Positions 1 through 13,329 of a stretch of 64,000 nucleotides of DNA are shown piece after piece. A program made the position numbers and the translations under genes. The notes below the pieces were generated by a model, which did not search any database, had not been told where the DNA came from, and saw only the letters and a program-made list of their open reading frames with translations. Source of the stretch: the human T2T-CHM13v2.0 reference genome, Homo sapiens; assembly GCF_009914755.1 (NCBI RefSeq), contig NC_060928.1; one strand, written 5' to 3'. Positions within the stretch are counted from its first letter, which is position 1. Each line of letters opens with the position of its first letter.

Positions 1-1320
1 TCTTCAGGTGCTTTGTTTAGTGGAAGGTCACCTGCCACTCAGGTAACTTGGGAGCCTGCCTATTAGGCTTCCCCCAAGGATCACTTCAAGCACATGACTC
101 ACTCCACGAAGGCTTTTAGAGCCAATAAACTCAATACTAGGGAAAAGGCTACAGATGTGGCTCATTCATAGCTTTCATTGAAAAGTAAGCAGGGAGAATC
201 TTAATGGCCAGGATTCTATTGGAGATAGATCATGAACAAGGAAAGCAAAGCACCTAATTAAATCTTAATCAGCTGACTCTATCACTCAAGTTCATGGAGG
301 ATTTCAGAGACTGCTTTCATGAAGACATGAAGCATACCACAGGCCTAGGTGCTCCTTCCACTCTCGGTTCTTCCTGTTATGCACGTACGGTGAAAGGGCC
401 AGCGTCACTAGAAGGGGCTTTAAGGAACTGTGTTCTTTCCTCATCAGACCTAGACTTAACTGTGTAATTCTGCATTCTCTCTTCTGCATGCCATTTTTGC
501 TCATTTATAAAGGATTAGGCTCCTCCAGTGAGAGAAGATAAGGCTATCTTTAAAATGCTATGAACTTTGCAGAAAGGACTGCAAAGGACACAGAACCCCA
601 ATTCAGGAGACTTGGATCTCGTAAACAGTCTGCCTCTCCTGAGCTGTTCCTTATCACTCAAAACTGGCCTCATCTGAAAATGAGGGGCATGGAAAAGATG
701 ACCATGAACTCTCTTCGAATACTGAAATGGTTTCTTGGGCACAGGTCGTTTTACTATTCCCATTCAGAAAGGTGCCTAATAAATGTTTTAGAAAATGTAA
801 ATAGTCTTTTCAGAAAGTTGGGGATAGAGTTCCTCCACTTTTCAAAAGGCAATTTCTGAGGGCCACCTAAGTTAGGATTCTTTATTTCAGCTGAGCTGCA
901 CCTGTGACTCTTCCTACAGTATTTAGAAGAATGCCTAGAAGTCACGATACACACTCAGTACATTTTATTTTTAATATGCGAATAAATGAGGGTTTTTTAA
1001 TCCATGTAGAAGGCATGAATGACTTCTTAGAATGTGAAATGTTACCATATTGTGAAGTATCTTACAATAATTTAAAATATAACAAAGGTTTGATGCAGTT
1101 GAATTGACAATAAAGTATAATGAAATGAACACTCTATTTGCCATCGAAAGCCTAGAGTAGCCTTTGACAATGTGTGGGGGTTTTCCCAACCTCAATTTTC
1201 TCATTTGCAAATTGAGACTAATAGTAACACTGTCCTATTTACCCCATCAAATTCTGATGAGAATCAAATATCTGAAAATGCTTTGCTAACAATCGTGCTA
1301 TAAAAACATTAGATACCTAA

Positions 1321-2105
1321 GATACTGAGATGCAGTAAGAAATAGAAATTTGTTCTTTGCTCCTGGTTCTGGGTACATAGCTCCTAAAACCCTTGGAAGC
1401 TCTGCAGTGACAAGAGTGTCCTTTATGTACTAATAAGATTACTCGTAGCTGGGGTTCCCTAGATAGCATCTAGGAGGGGGCTGGTTATCACAAAAGACCA
1501 AGGCAGGATTAGAAGGTTAGGACTGTCAGTCCCACTCCTCAACTTCTAGGAGGTGAAAGGGGCTAAAAGTTGAGTTGATTACCAATGGCCAAAGATTTAA
1601 TCAGGCATCCTATGTATTGAAGCCTTCAGAATCCAAAAAGATTGTATTGGGGAACTTCCTGGTAGCCGAACACATGAAGGTTCCTGGACGGTGCTACACC
1701 TGAAGAGGGCATGGAAGCTCTGTGCCCCTTCCCACATGTCTTGCCCTTTGCATTTCTTCCGTCTGGTGTTCATCTGTATCCTTTGTAATACCTTTATAAA
1801 AACATCAGTAAATGCAAATAGAGTGTAACCTGAGAACGGAGTTGTGTGAAGCCCAGCTTATAACTGGTTGGTCAGAAGCACAGGTGAAATGCCCTGTACT
1901 TGCTATTGGCATCCCAAGTGGGGAAAGTCTTGTGGGCCTGAGCCCTCACCCTGTGAGATCTGATACTACCTCCAGGTAGATGGAGTCAGAACTGAATAAT
2001 TATAGGCCACCCAGCTGGTGTCTGCTACAGAATTTCTTGGTTTGTGGGAAAACACCTCTCCACATATCTGTCATGTCAAAAGTATTGTGTTGAATGTGAT
2101 TTTTT
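1321..2105 (+). mobile_element. MER21-family solo LTR
   Basis: Start 'gatactgagatgcagtaagaaatagaaatttgttctttgctcctggttctgg..agctcctaaaacccttggaa' and internal blocks resemble the remembered MER21 consensus; ends approximate. Confidence 0.8.
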
Positions 2106-2888
2106 CCTGTACCTGGGAATGTCATAACATCCTGAGATGTACAATTACTGGTATTAATAAATTTCTTCCCCAGATATTCTTTTAATATTATGTATTTAAT
2201 ATTTCATTAGTAAGCTACTTTAACCCATAAATTAAAAAAAAAAGTTTTCTAAAGCATGTGTCTACTGTTTTCAAACACAATAGAAGTGAACACTTTCTTA
2301 GAGATGCATTTTAATCTAATGAAAAACATATATAAACATTTATGATGACATCAATATCTGAACATATTTAGTTACTTAGAAGTCTACTTAGAGGGCCTTT
2401 AAAATACATATCATTAATTCCCTATAGACAACTAGAAAATCTAAAAATCCCCCAAATCAACATTTTTTCTTTATTTGTATTAGTGAAAATATTTACTTAT
2501 TTCATTGCAGAAACAACAATGAATGATTTTTCTTGTAACCCAGTCCCAACTAGAGATATTATGAAATTTATGGAATATGTAAGAATTTTACCTATCTAAA
2601 ATCAGAAAAATTTGGTTCCAAAATTTTTGATAAGTGATTGTGGACTTGTATTATTACAAGCAAAAGGATGAAAGCATAGCAACAATGGTAATTCAGGCAC
2701 ATCTAAAAGTTTTTTTTTTCCTTGATAGTTCATTATAACTAAACCACTATGGTCTGTAGTGGCCTGCTGGGAATCTCTATTCTTAGCCCAGTGGTGCTCA
2801 AACTTCTCATTTAAAATTTTCCTTATAAACTGCATCTCATTCCTTTAAAAATCCTCATTTGTTTAAAAATATTCCATATTTTAGACAA

Positions 2889-3230
2889 TGTGTGGGCTGT
2901 TGGCCCTTGAATGCTGGTGCTATCAGCATGGGCTGATTCTAGCCAGAGACCCTTTCTAGGCTGTGGAAATCAATCCAATATGCTGGGCACTGAAGCTACC
3001 ATCCCAAACTTTCTCTTGTCTCCTGAAGGCATTTGACCTTCAAGACAAATAGGCCTGGTGCAAAAGAGTGGTGCAATAACCAAAGGTCCTTCTGCCAAGA
3101 ACCCCAGCTTGGCCCTTAAGCCCACAGGGGTTTCACTGGGAAAGTCTGGTTTGTTCGATTAAAGGTCCAACCCTGCAGCAGTTCTGGGCCCCCTGGCACA
3201 GGCTTCCTGTCTCTGGTCATGTCCACCACA
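2889..3230 (+). mobile_element. Possible ancient solo LTR, family unassigned
   Basis: GC-richer ~340-bp block with TG...CA ends and ATTAAA ~70 bp before the end; no family recognised. Confidence 0.35.
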
Positions 3231-5469
3231 AACTCTTGTTTTTCAAATTCTGTTTGTTACCATATCTTAAATTTTTTTCTAATCAAACTTTTCTTCAAAA
3301 TAAGTCTCTATCTTAAACTACATGAACTCTTTAGCCGTCTTGTCACATTTAACAGTCCGATGACTGAACGATGGCTTTGGCAATTGTAGCATTTTTCTGG
3401 ATCGTCAGGTGCCCGGACAGTAAGGTACAATTGCACATGGTTAGGTGTATATGGCCGTGCATTGCCTATCATTTATATATACTATGTGGCTCCCAAAAAC
3501 TTCTGTTCTGGATGGTACTTTCCTCCAAGGAGTTTCATTTACGTACCTCAAAGATGTATTTGAGCCCATCCAAAGCTAGTAAGAAAGCTCTACTCTAAAT
3601 AATACACATTTCTACCCAAAATGAAGCACCATGACTTTCTATTCCCTTCTGCTGTTACTTCAAGGCTTTTAGGCTCCCCTTGAAGCACAGTGGGACTACA
3701 GGGTGGAACATAATGCAAGATGCCACTGCAGGGGTGAGGAGGGGGCACTTTCTGGGAACTACAAAAGACTAGAGAAAATGAGCCTCCATTTGTTTGTTGT
3801 CTAGTCTCACCTCAAATAAAGTGACAATATTACATCTCATAATTTACTAAGACAATTCTTAAAGAATAAATGATACATCAACTGTATAAAAAAGGCCAAA
3901 AAAAATCTTATTCCACTCAATTTAGCATATATTGAATACCTACTCTACACCAGATGCCCTGATAGAGAGTAAAGTTACACGAAAGCAGTGTAGAGTTTAA
4001 TGTTCCATTTCATAAAAACACTCCTGAATTTCCATGCATTTAATTTTCATCCTTTATTTTCATGCATTAGAAACTGAATTCTTAAACTAGTTTTAATAAA
4101 CCTTACTTGAACCTTCATGCACCAATACATACACATTTCAAGTCATTATGTGGCAGAGCTTCCTATCAACCAAGAATTCAGTTGGAGACTATTGTGTTCT
4201 TTGTTAGTACGACAGTTTTTATTTGTGCCATTACTTAAATATTTTACTGTAGTTGTTTTCAAACATGACATTGGGAAGTGCATCTGAATTATATCGTGAG
4301 TTGAGGTGAGGGCAATTCGATTAGGTTCTATGTCTTCCACTCCCATTGCAATTAGAAATCTCTGCTTCTGTGTGTGTTGAATTGGACTTCTAAGAAGGTT
4401 CTCATCAGAATAAACTCTGTATAACTTCAAAACAATAAAAAATCACTAATAGAATTTTATATTTCTATCATTGTCTCATAAAATAAATGGAAATAGAAAA
4501 GTAGAAACACAAATAACTTCATATAATTAAGTCATAGATACACATTAATAGACTGCCAAAGTGACAAGTTTTTAATCCTCGTCAGACACATATTGTGATT
4601 ACTTTCATTTGGGAAAGGAAAGAACAGAAGTAACAAGTACCATCAAAATTATTTGAAAAAAGTGACAAAATTATGGATTTTGAGATGTTTCACTTTCTGG
4701 ACAGTAACTCTTCCCACGAGGCATGTAAGCTCTATTTGACATTGGCATTTTCAATCTCCTTTAAAGCTAAAGTAGGGAATACTTGTACGAGGTTAACAGA
4801 AAAATGAATCAAAATTATCCCTATTAAAAACCTATCTTCTTTTCAGTGGAAGAAAATCATTTTTTTTTTTCTTGGGGATGATGCCCCAGAAGGCATGACT
4901 CCCCTCTGGGAGTTCATGGATCTGTGATCTTTCTGGGGAATCACTGACAATTAACACGCCTCTGGGAAGCAAGACCTATATAAGAGAGAGGTGAAGGGAG
5001 GGGCCTTCCTAATTGAAAAGCCCAGAGATCTAGCTAGACACTTCAGGGAAATGTACTGTTTGAACTTGTTCTGGGAGGGCCAGCTGATCAGTTAGATTAC
5101 CTTTTGACACACAACAAAAGCTCTTTAGGGTAGAACTGCAGGCTCTGGGTAGAGCTTCCCATTTAAAAGCAAAGATTGCCTGTGGCATTGGGGCACACCC
5201 AAGTCTTCTGACAACTAGCTACCAAGCTCTAGAGCATGACAAAAATAAGGGGATGGAGAATAGGAAATTTGACAAACATTATGGAACAGGGATGAGGTAG
5301 AGGGAGTTGTGAAAAGAAGGGTGGGTGAGAGAGGGAAAGCTGGAAGGAAAGGGATCACTAGGAGGGAAGGATGGGTTCAGAGAAAATTTAACCAAATTTA
5401 ATGAAACATTAACTATAAACTAATGCTTGTTGCTCACTGTGTGGTGGGGACACTTGAGAGTTTGTTAGG

Positions 5470-5566
5470 AGCACAGGATCTGAGACCCCAATGCAGATGT
5501 AATGAATCTGCATTTGAACACAATCTCCAGGAGAATACTGTTCACATTTTGTTTGAGAACCACTGC
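5470..5566. mobile_element. MER5A (hAT-Charlie) fragment
   Basis: 'gaatctgcatttgaacacaatctccagg...gtttgagaaccactg' resembles a MER5A terminus. Confidence 0.7.
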
Positions 5567-5989
5567 TAACACAGCTGTCTGAGAAATGGGCTGTGGAGAC
5601 TCACAGGAAGAAACTGCTATGGGTTGAATTGAAAAGACCATAAATTTTAAAAAAGTTAAACTTCTAAAATATTGTTTGAAAGTATTCAAATAAAGGTGTT
5701 ATCTCATACAAAACATATACCCTCCTACTATATCTTGCTATGTTAGGTTAGGCAGAACAATACATTGATTGAAACTTGAAAAATTCTGGAAAACAGAATT
5801 AACAAACAGCACACCATGAGGTGACACTGAGTATGTCTTTAGTGAATTGATATAAATAAGCAATAATCAATAAGTAATGATGAAACTGAATTGAGTTGAC
5901 TGCTAAGGAGCCAATTTAAATCAGATATGAAAACTTTCTTGTTTGTTCACAGCTTAGAATAATAAAGTAAGTTACATTCGTGGAGGATA

Positions 5990-6210
5990 AACCATATTCC
6001 AGGCACTTCTCTATATGTATTATCTTATTTAGTCATTATTATACTATGAGTAGGTGTAATTATTCCCTGTCTACAGATGAGGAGGAAGATTAGGCTGTAG
6101 AGGACTTAAGCAATTTAAGCAAGATACCATAGCTAACAATAATGGTAAAGCTGAGCACTGTACCTTGCAATCTAATCCCAGAACATGTGTCTTTAGCAAC
6201 TACATACTGC
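5990..6210 (-). mobile_element. MIR SINE
   Basis: MIR core 'acagatgagg..aggct..agagg..ttaagcaatt' in antisense. Confidence 0.7.
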
Positions 6211-7207
6211 CATCCATGAGAAAGGAATCAAAATGCCCAGCCTAGCACCATAGTGGAGGGAAGTTTGGCTCAAAAGAATATACTCCAAGACCATATAGAG
6301 TGCAAAATAGCCTTTTTAGCAAAAAACTCACTGGCGATTCAGCTGACACAGAGTATTGTTTCTGTGACTATGTTCTAGGTAGTTTTTTAGAGGTGTAGCC
6401 CTTGTATTTATCCACTGGCATTGGCCTTTGGGTTCATGTGTTGAAATGGCCCTCCTCGGCTCCCCCACTATATCTTCATCATTGTTTGCTTCTGGCAATA
6501 TTGGTTTAGCATCTTCTGAGCAATTGATGGATGGCTGGTTTATTTTTCTTCAAAAGGCCTTGCTGTTGGGATAGCTTAGAGGTCTTATCCCCACTTTCTG
6601 TTGCCCAGAATATTCCTGTCTGCAGGTATGTCATCCTACGAGTTATCACCATTGATAGAATCCCAGCACACAAATTTGTCATATGCAACATAATATCATG
6701 TCACAAAATGTCATATTCCTTACTTTAAGGAATTCAAGGAATTAAGCATTCTTTTCCAGGCACTACTTTTGACTCTTCTTCCAGCATAGGACCCCATTTA
6801 GCTAATATTTTGAATATATCTTCTTAGGGCACTCTACTTGCTAGACTTAGGTTGAGCACTTCCTTTCAAGGGACTAGGTCCTTTGTGAAGTGCGGATAAC
6901 TTCCTTTCTGAGCACGGGTACATTTCTTTACTCTCAGATCAAGTTGTTCTATTCATAGGCATGTCAGATCTTTCATAATCAGAGCCGTGCTGACTAAGCC
7001 ATGCTGGAATTCAGTCAGGGAAAAGAGAATCAGCTGAAATGAAGTTGCTCCAAGGGGGTTGGACGAGATGAATATTGACTGCAGGAAGCAGGGTCTGGGA
7101 GAAACTTGGCCTCTAGATTCAGGTCTAGTCTCTATATCCCTGTCCATGTCTCTGTTAGGAAATGATGGGTAGGACTGAGAAACTTTGGGACATTTATTGC
7201 TCTCAGC

Positions 7208-7321
7208 AAGCCAAGAACCCAGGGCCATAAGCAAAGACTTGAGCTGAGGCAGGTTAGATGAGGGCATGTTGCCCTGTTTTAACAACCTGTCAACAACTTA
7301 AGGGGAATTACAGAACATTTT
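7208..7321. repeat. Left arm of perfect 114-bp inverted repeat
   Basis: Base-by-base reverse complement of 8785-8898; ORF track shows the identical peptide MLKQGNMPSSNLPQLKSLLMALGSWL on opposite strands. Confidence 0.98.
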
Positions 7322-8784
7322 GTCTGTTTGTTTAAATTTTTTTTCAGAAAAGATGCTATCTTTGAGAGTGCTTGAGCTTTTTCTCCAGGACCTCTTCATT
7401 TCTCCACATATTTTTTCTTCAGAGATGGCCTCTCCTTTCCAGGTTACCCCGCTTACCTCAGGCTTGGGCTGTTTTCTCCTCTTGGAGGTCACCACATCAC
7501 TCTAATTTTCTTCTGTGACAATCTGTCCATACATCTTAGTGTTAGGATGGCATCTCAACCAACATTTCCCTAACAGAACTCATTACCTTTATTCCTCAAC
7601 CTGCTGTGCTTCTAATTTACATTTATTGCTTAAAACATCTCCCTCTCTCTTCTCCTTTCTTTACTGAATATCTAATAGTACTGAATCTACCTGAATAAAA
7701 CTTCTTACATTGGTTGGTTTTCTATTTTTCATTCTCTGCTATTACTTAGCTCTAATTAGCACTTGTTTAAACAGTTGCAAAGCCTTTCTTTCATGAATTT
7801 CCTGCATTTCAACAGTTCATTACTTTCCTCTCCCATTAATGTTTCATAGAATTGCCTGATTAATATTACTGGAACAAATCACTGGTCATATAATTTTGCT
7901 CTTTAAATATCCAATGTCATTATTCTCTTTTATTTCCTAAATGACCACCCATTCCTGCATACTCATTATTCCCTGGAAACATGAAGTGGACACATAATCC
8001 TGGGAGTAGCTTCCAATATTACTTCTGAGATGCACCCTTTCTTTTCCTATAGATGAGATCCCCTGTCTATTCCCCTCACTACCACTGCTCAGCAACTTCT
8101 ACATAGTAGGGAGTTTTTAAGCACATTAAGTTTGTGAGTCAAGGCCAAGTTCCCATCCTCAGCTACCTCCATGTGTTTAGGATGATCTGGCTCCCAGAAT
8201 CAAAACACTGCTCCTTACTCAGTACTCAAGCATGCCTACAAGTTCCTCTTTTAAAAGACGGTTTTCCAAGACAAGTCTAGTCTATAACAGTAGTACTGGA
8301 TCGATGTGAGGAATTAACCTCAGCCCATCTATCCAGCAATCTTCTAAGGTGTCTTACCACGATTTCTATTTTAATAAGAGACCCAGAAATATTCTTGGCA
8401 CCTTTATCCCTCCCCTTCCCTCCAGGAAATGCTGTCATTGAGGTACTGACCAGCCCAGATGTAGTGTTCCCACACTGTCAGGCAATGAATCATGAAAGGA
8501 ACCAAAAAAGTTTTTCTGCAGTCACACTCCAACTGGAGCCTTGTGCATACATCCAAGCCTATTAGTATCATAGTTAACCATTAATTATATCAATAACATG
8601 AAATCGATGAGCTGCCACAGGAGGAAATGCATTCCTAAAGCAGGAGGGTGGGTATAGAAAGTGTGGGTGAGAAGATGGGGAGAGAGAAAAATCCTGTGAT
8701 CTTTATGGTTTTATATATGTAATTAAGGCTCCTTTAAATCTGGGCAACTTGGCAGCTTAGGTTGATCTCTTTACCTTGCCAACT

Positions 8785-8898
8785 AAAATGTTCTGTAATT
8801 CCCCTTAAGTTGTTGACAGGTTGTTAAAACAGGGCAACATGCCCTCATCTAACCTGCCTCAGCTCAAGTCTTTGCTTATGGCCCTGGGTTCTTGGCTT
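8785..8898. repeat. Right arm of perfect 114-bp inverted repeat
   Basis: aaaatgttctgtaattcc...gggttcttggctt is the exact reverse complement of 7208-7321. Confidence 0.98.
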
Positions 8899-9587
8899 TG
8901 CCAGGAGAAGGTGTGGCTTTGGGAGAGTGCACCAAGTTCACAATCTTGCAGTCATTGTATACAAGGCATCAAGGAGGCTGTGCTCCTGTGCATGAGTACA
9001 ATAAGCAGGGCCTGGCACTGGTAGGTCAGAGGCATGCCGTCTTTAAACCTGATAAAGTTCATGAGACTGCAAAAAGAATATTAGAGAGGAAAAAAGAAAA
9101 AGAGGTCAGAGGCTCTGTGAGCTATGATTTCTCTATTTGGGTGCATTTATATATGCTTGTACAGCAAATGTCACTCTGGACTGGGAGCTGTACAACTCCA
9201 GCAGGTTTGGCTGTGGTCCAGTCATCATTTAATTTGAGAATTTGTAGTGATGGCTTAATGAGCTCTGTTGATGAAATGGTAATGGGTTTGCTGCAATAAA
9301 ATTGGGGTCAATATGACAATCTTTTGAACATAAACATGCCAGCAAAGAAGAGAAAAGGAAGAATTAAAATTGCTTTATTTATTTTCTAAACAAAACTAAA
9401 CAAGAGCCATATTTCAAATCCCTTTTCGCTGAAATTAAGAACATGTGAACAAAGCCTGCTCTAAAAGCTTACTCCAAACCCATGTACATTCATATAAGTT
9501 AATTTCCTTAGAATAAGAATACAAAATACATATATAATCCTAATATTAATAAGTCCCAAATTAAGTTACATTAGCATTAATACTTAT

Positions 9588-10290
9588 CAGGGTAGCTACA
9601 TAATTTATGGGGCCCAGTGCACAGTGAAAATCGGGGGGCTACTGGTTCAAAGCACAGGAAAGAATTTTCATTAAAGGAAATAAAATAAAAGATATGTTTT
9701 TGCAGTCTTTTCTTTGGCTTTTCATGGTGTTTTTAAATGTCCAAGTAAAAAAATTAATAAATTTATATTAGCTTGAATTTTACCATTCATCTTTATATTG
9801 TGCAATAAGTTTTAAATGCAAATGTAACATCATTTAGCTTGTATACAGAATCAATAATATTGCACGATTCTTACTTTGTAGTTCATATATGCATATGCAT
9901 TTCTTTCTTCCCAGAATAGTAGAAACACTGGACATGACTAAACTAACTCACGTGTTTTTATTTTACTTCTTGATATGCACACATTCTACTAACTCTCTAC
10001 CTTCTGCTTACTAATTAATAAGGAGATATTGAAAGGAAAGAACTGTGGTTTGTGCTATCCAATGGTTTCCTTACAGGTTATCATTGTCAGTGTAAGTAGT
10101 TTGCTAATACAGGAAATAAACATAAGAAGCAAAAGATAAATGCTGTATATTCTACTTGGACTCAAAGGTATCCCACATTTCAGCAGTCTAATTACAATTA
10201 AACAAAAACAAGAGTTGAAGTACAGAGAGCGAGACTCTCTTAAAAAAAAAAAGTACAATATTAGAACGGATATCACAGCCAGTATATGTA
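9588..10290 (+). mobile_element. hAT-Tip100 DNA transposon fossil (Zaphod/MER118-like)
   Basis: Begins 'cagggtagctacataatttatggggcccagtgcacagtgaaaat', resembling the Zaphod terminus; right boundary uncertain. Confidence 0.55.
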
Positions 10291-10301
10291 TCACGAAAGT
10301 A

Positions 10302-10613
10302 GGCTGGGCACAGTGGCTCACCTCTGTAATCCCAGCACTTTGGGAGGCTGAGGCAGGTGGATCACCTGAGGTCAGGAGTTCGAGACCAGCCTGGCCAATA
10401 TGTGAAACCCTGTCTCTGCTATTAAGTACAAAAATTAGCTGGGCATGGTGTTGGGCACCTGTAATCCCAGCTACTTGGAAGGCTGAGGCAGGAGAATCGC
10501 TTGAACCTGGAGGGTGGAGCTTGCTGTGAGCCGAGATCACGCCACTTCACTTCAGCCTGGGCATAAGAGCAAAACTCCATCTCAGAAAAAAAAAAAAAAA
10601 AAAAAAAAAAAAA
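10302..10613 (+). mobile_element. AluS (Sq/Sp-like), full length
   Basis: Dimeric Alu with long poly(A); TSD gaaagta at 10295-10301 and 10614-10620. Confidence 0.97.
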
Positions 10614-10899
10614 GAAAGTAATATAGAGAATTAAAGAATTTCAGAAGAAAGAGAGAAAATGGAGAAGTGAGCAAATCAACATCGTCAGTAACACTGTTCT
10701 CATCAAATTCTCAATTAGAAAAAATAACAGTCTAGGTGAGGAAATTTGAATCTTGCGATTCAAATTTGGAAAAGTAAAGATGGAAATGTCAAGAGTAGGG
10801 ATAACTAGGATAGAAAGATAGTGCTGGACCAGAATTCAAGATCTTAGCTAAGGCATTTTTGCTTAATATTATAACCATTGTTTTAATAAGAAAATAAGA

Positions 10900-11100
10900 A
10901 GAGCTACCATTTGGTGGTTTCCTATTTCATGCTAGGGACTGTGACTATCCCTTTATATGCGTTAACTAACTCCTCTAATCTTCATGACAAGCTGTAAGTT
11001 AGGTACTGTTAATCAGCCTCTTTTTGACAGAATAATAAATTATGTTAAATAACTTGCCCATGGGTTTCACAGCTGGTAAACAGAGGAGCCCGAGCATTTG
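10900..11100 (-). mobile_element. MIR SINE
   Basis: 'gttaaataacttgcccatgg..cacagctggtaa' is the antisense MIR core. Confidence 0.65.
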
Positions 11101-11899
11101 AGGGTAAATAATTGGAGTATTCAGAGAAGAGGAATGACAGGATGTTACGGGGTTAAATCTATCAATACGCACTTAGAACCTATTGAGTGGCGCTTTCTGG
11201 AGGCAGCGGTTCAATCAGTGCAATATCGAAATCATATAGATGTAAAATTTTAAAAGTGTGCACTAGGGAGAAGCAATAGAAATGTGAAAGAAAGAGGGAG
11301 ATAAAAGATAAAAAAAGAAATCATCAAGTTTGAGGGCTCTTGGCTAAGAGATAGCAAAGAATCAGATTGTTAGTTTATACCAGAAGTGGCAAAATCATGG
11401 TCCACTAGCTGAATTTGGTCTACAAACCTGCTTTCTGTGGAGAGCTGATTATAGGATTACTTGCCAAAATTTAAACTTTTAAAAAAAATTACATGAAAAC
11501 ATGAAACTTTGGTTAATTATTTGTTTTAAATAGAACAATTTGGGAATGTGGGTCCTCATTAAATTATGGTAGTTGTTAGCCTGAGTCCCCTTTAGTTAGT
11601 TCTTGCTTTCTCTACTTCAGAGTCCCACTTGGTATACTTCATTTCTTTATAGTATCTATGTGACCTTTATTAGCAGTATTTGAATTCTTAATAGCTGCCT
11701 ATACATATGAATATCTTGTTGACAATATTTAATTAGATAATATATGTGAAAGTGCTTGGTAAATTATAATGTAGTATATAAATATATATAGCATTATTAA
11801 ATTAATATAATCCTGACACACTTTATGAAGAAAAGGGCCAACCAACAATTTAGTAGAGTAAGGAATTTATCCTGAAGCATCAGCCCATCTTCTAAGTCT

Positions 11900-12640
11900 T
11901 TAATTTATTTGTGCATTTATGCACTTAATAGGTATCCATTGAGCACTGTACAAGATACTGAAACAACCAACATTTCAATCAACAACTTTTCATTGACCAC
12001 TGAAAATCTCCTAAGTACTATAGGTATAATGGTGAAGAAGGTAGATAAAGCCCCTACTCTTAAGAAGTTTACAGACGATTGTAGAAGGAATAAAACCGAG
12101 GTAAGTAAGAGAAAAAAAAAATGAAGATAGCCACCTCTCCTCCCAAAATGATGAGATGATGTCAGGATATCAAAAAGTAAATGAGTAGTATAAAATAAAA
12201 AATAAGAGATAATGTCAGAAAAACACTATGAAGAAAATAGAACAGCAATAAAACAGAGTAATGTGATAGTGACTAGGGAGTGACACATTTAGATAAGAGT
12301 GGTCAAGGTCACCTGAGAAGGTGACAGCTGAGTTGAAATTTGAATGATGAGAAGGTGTCTTTGTACAAAAGGGCCAAAGGAGAGATCAAACTTGGTATGC
12401 TTAAGAAACAGAAAGATCAGTTTGGCTAGCTCTTGGTGAAGGATGGAGAAAGCTGTATGAGTTAAGGTTGGGGAGCTGGGCAAGGAAACATCATGCAAAG
12501 TTAAAAGACCCAGTTTCTCTGCCGAAGTAACTCATAATCTAGTTCAGAAGGCAGACATATAAATAAATGTTTACACTACACTACAGCATGATAAATGCTA
12601 TGATAGCACCCCACACAGTTGATCAGTGAGTGTAGAGGAT
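11900..12640 (-). mobile_element. L2 LINE 3' fragments
   Basis: Degenerate L2 3'-end motifs ('tatccattgagcact', 'gaaggtgacagctgagttga'). Confidence 0.55.
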
Positions 12641-13329
12641 CAGCCATACCTCCTGGAACTTGACAAGGGTCTGTGATCTTCCCCCACCCTTGACCATCAC
12701 TATACCCCTCAGTGCCCTTCTATAGTATGGCTCCAAAGCAACTACCAATGCCCATTAAATCTGAGTGTCCCTCTGAACTGGCAAGCAAAGAATTGGGCTC
12801 ATTGCCTGTAAATCACTTTGAGCTCTTGGGAAGAAAGGCACTTGGTAAACAAGGACTGGGATTATCTCACTGCTTTATAAGATCAAAGCACTTTACAAAC
12901 ATTAACCAATTGAGCATACCAGGTTGCAGATTGTTAGTCTAGTAATGAGTCTTTGTTTAAGCTCTATTTCTTTCTAATATGCCTGTCTACTCTTTGAAGT
13001 TGTGACTTCTACGTTGACTTCAATTGACAAAGAAATCCTTTCTTTGTCCCACCTTCTCTACTCCTAGAGAACCTTATCTCAGTTTGGGGAGTAGAGACGT
13101 TTGGTGAAGATGGCACCTAACAGAACATTAGATTTTTTTCCCTATAGTCAATTTGAGAACTTTTGTGTTAGATATTTTTGTTAATGCATCTAAGACTGTA
13201 GCATCCAGCCCTGTTTGGATCTTTCCCATGCTTTCTGCACTCAGTGACATCCCTAATATTGGCCAACAATCACAACCATATTTTATCGTAAGAAAGACTT
13301 GGAACAAGAGCATAAATAGATCCATGCTT

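Noticed and set aside
4974-4984. CCTATATAAG TATA/CArG-like motif
   Set aside because: Isolated short motif with no downstream exon or CpG island support.
7208-8898. Inverted repeat as TIRs of a novel DNA transposon
   Set aside because: No outer TSD and no transposase in the spacer. Perfect arms imply recency, whereas DNA transposons are long extinct in anthropoid primates.
6953-9024. Two ORFs sharing the N-terminus MLKQGNMPSSNLPQLKSLLMALGSWL, as if paralogous genes
   Set aside because: By-product of the inverted repeat; both start at TTG, diverge at the repeat edge and resemble no protein I know.
10055-10540. 161-aa and 129-aa ORFs
   Set aside because: Alu-derived translations.
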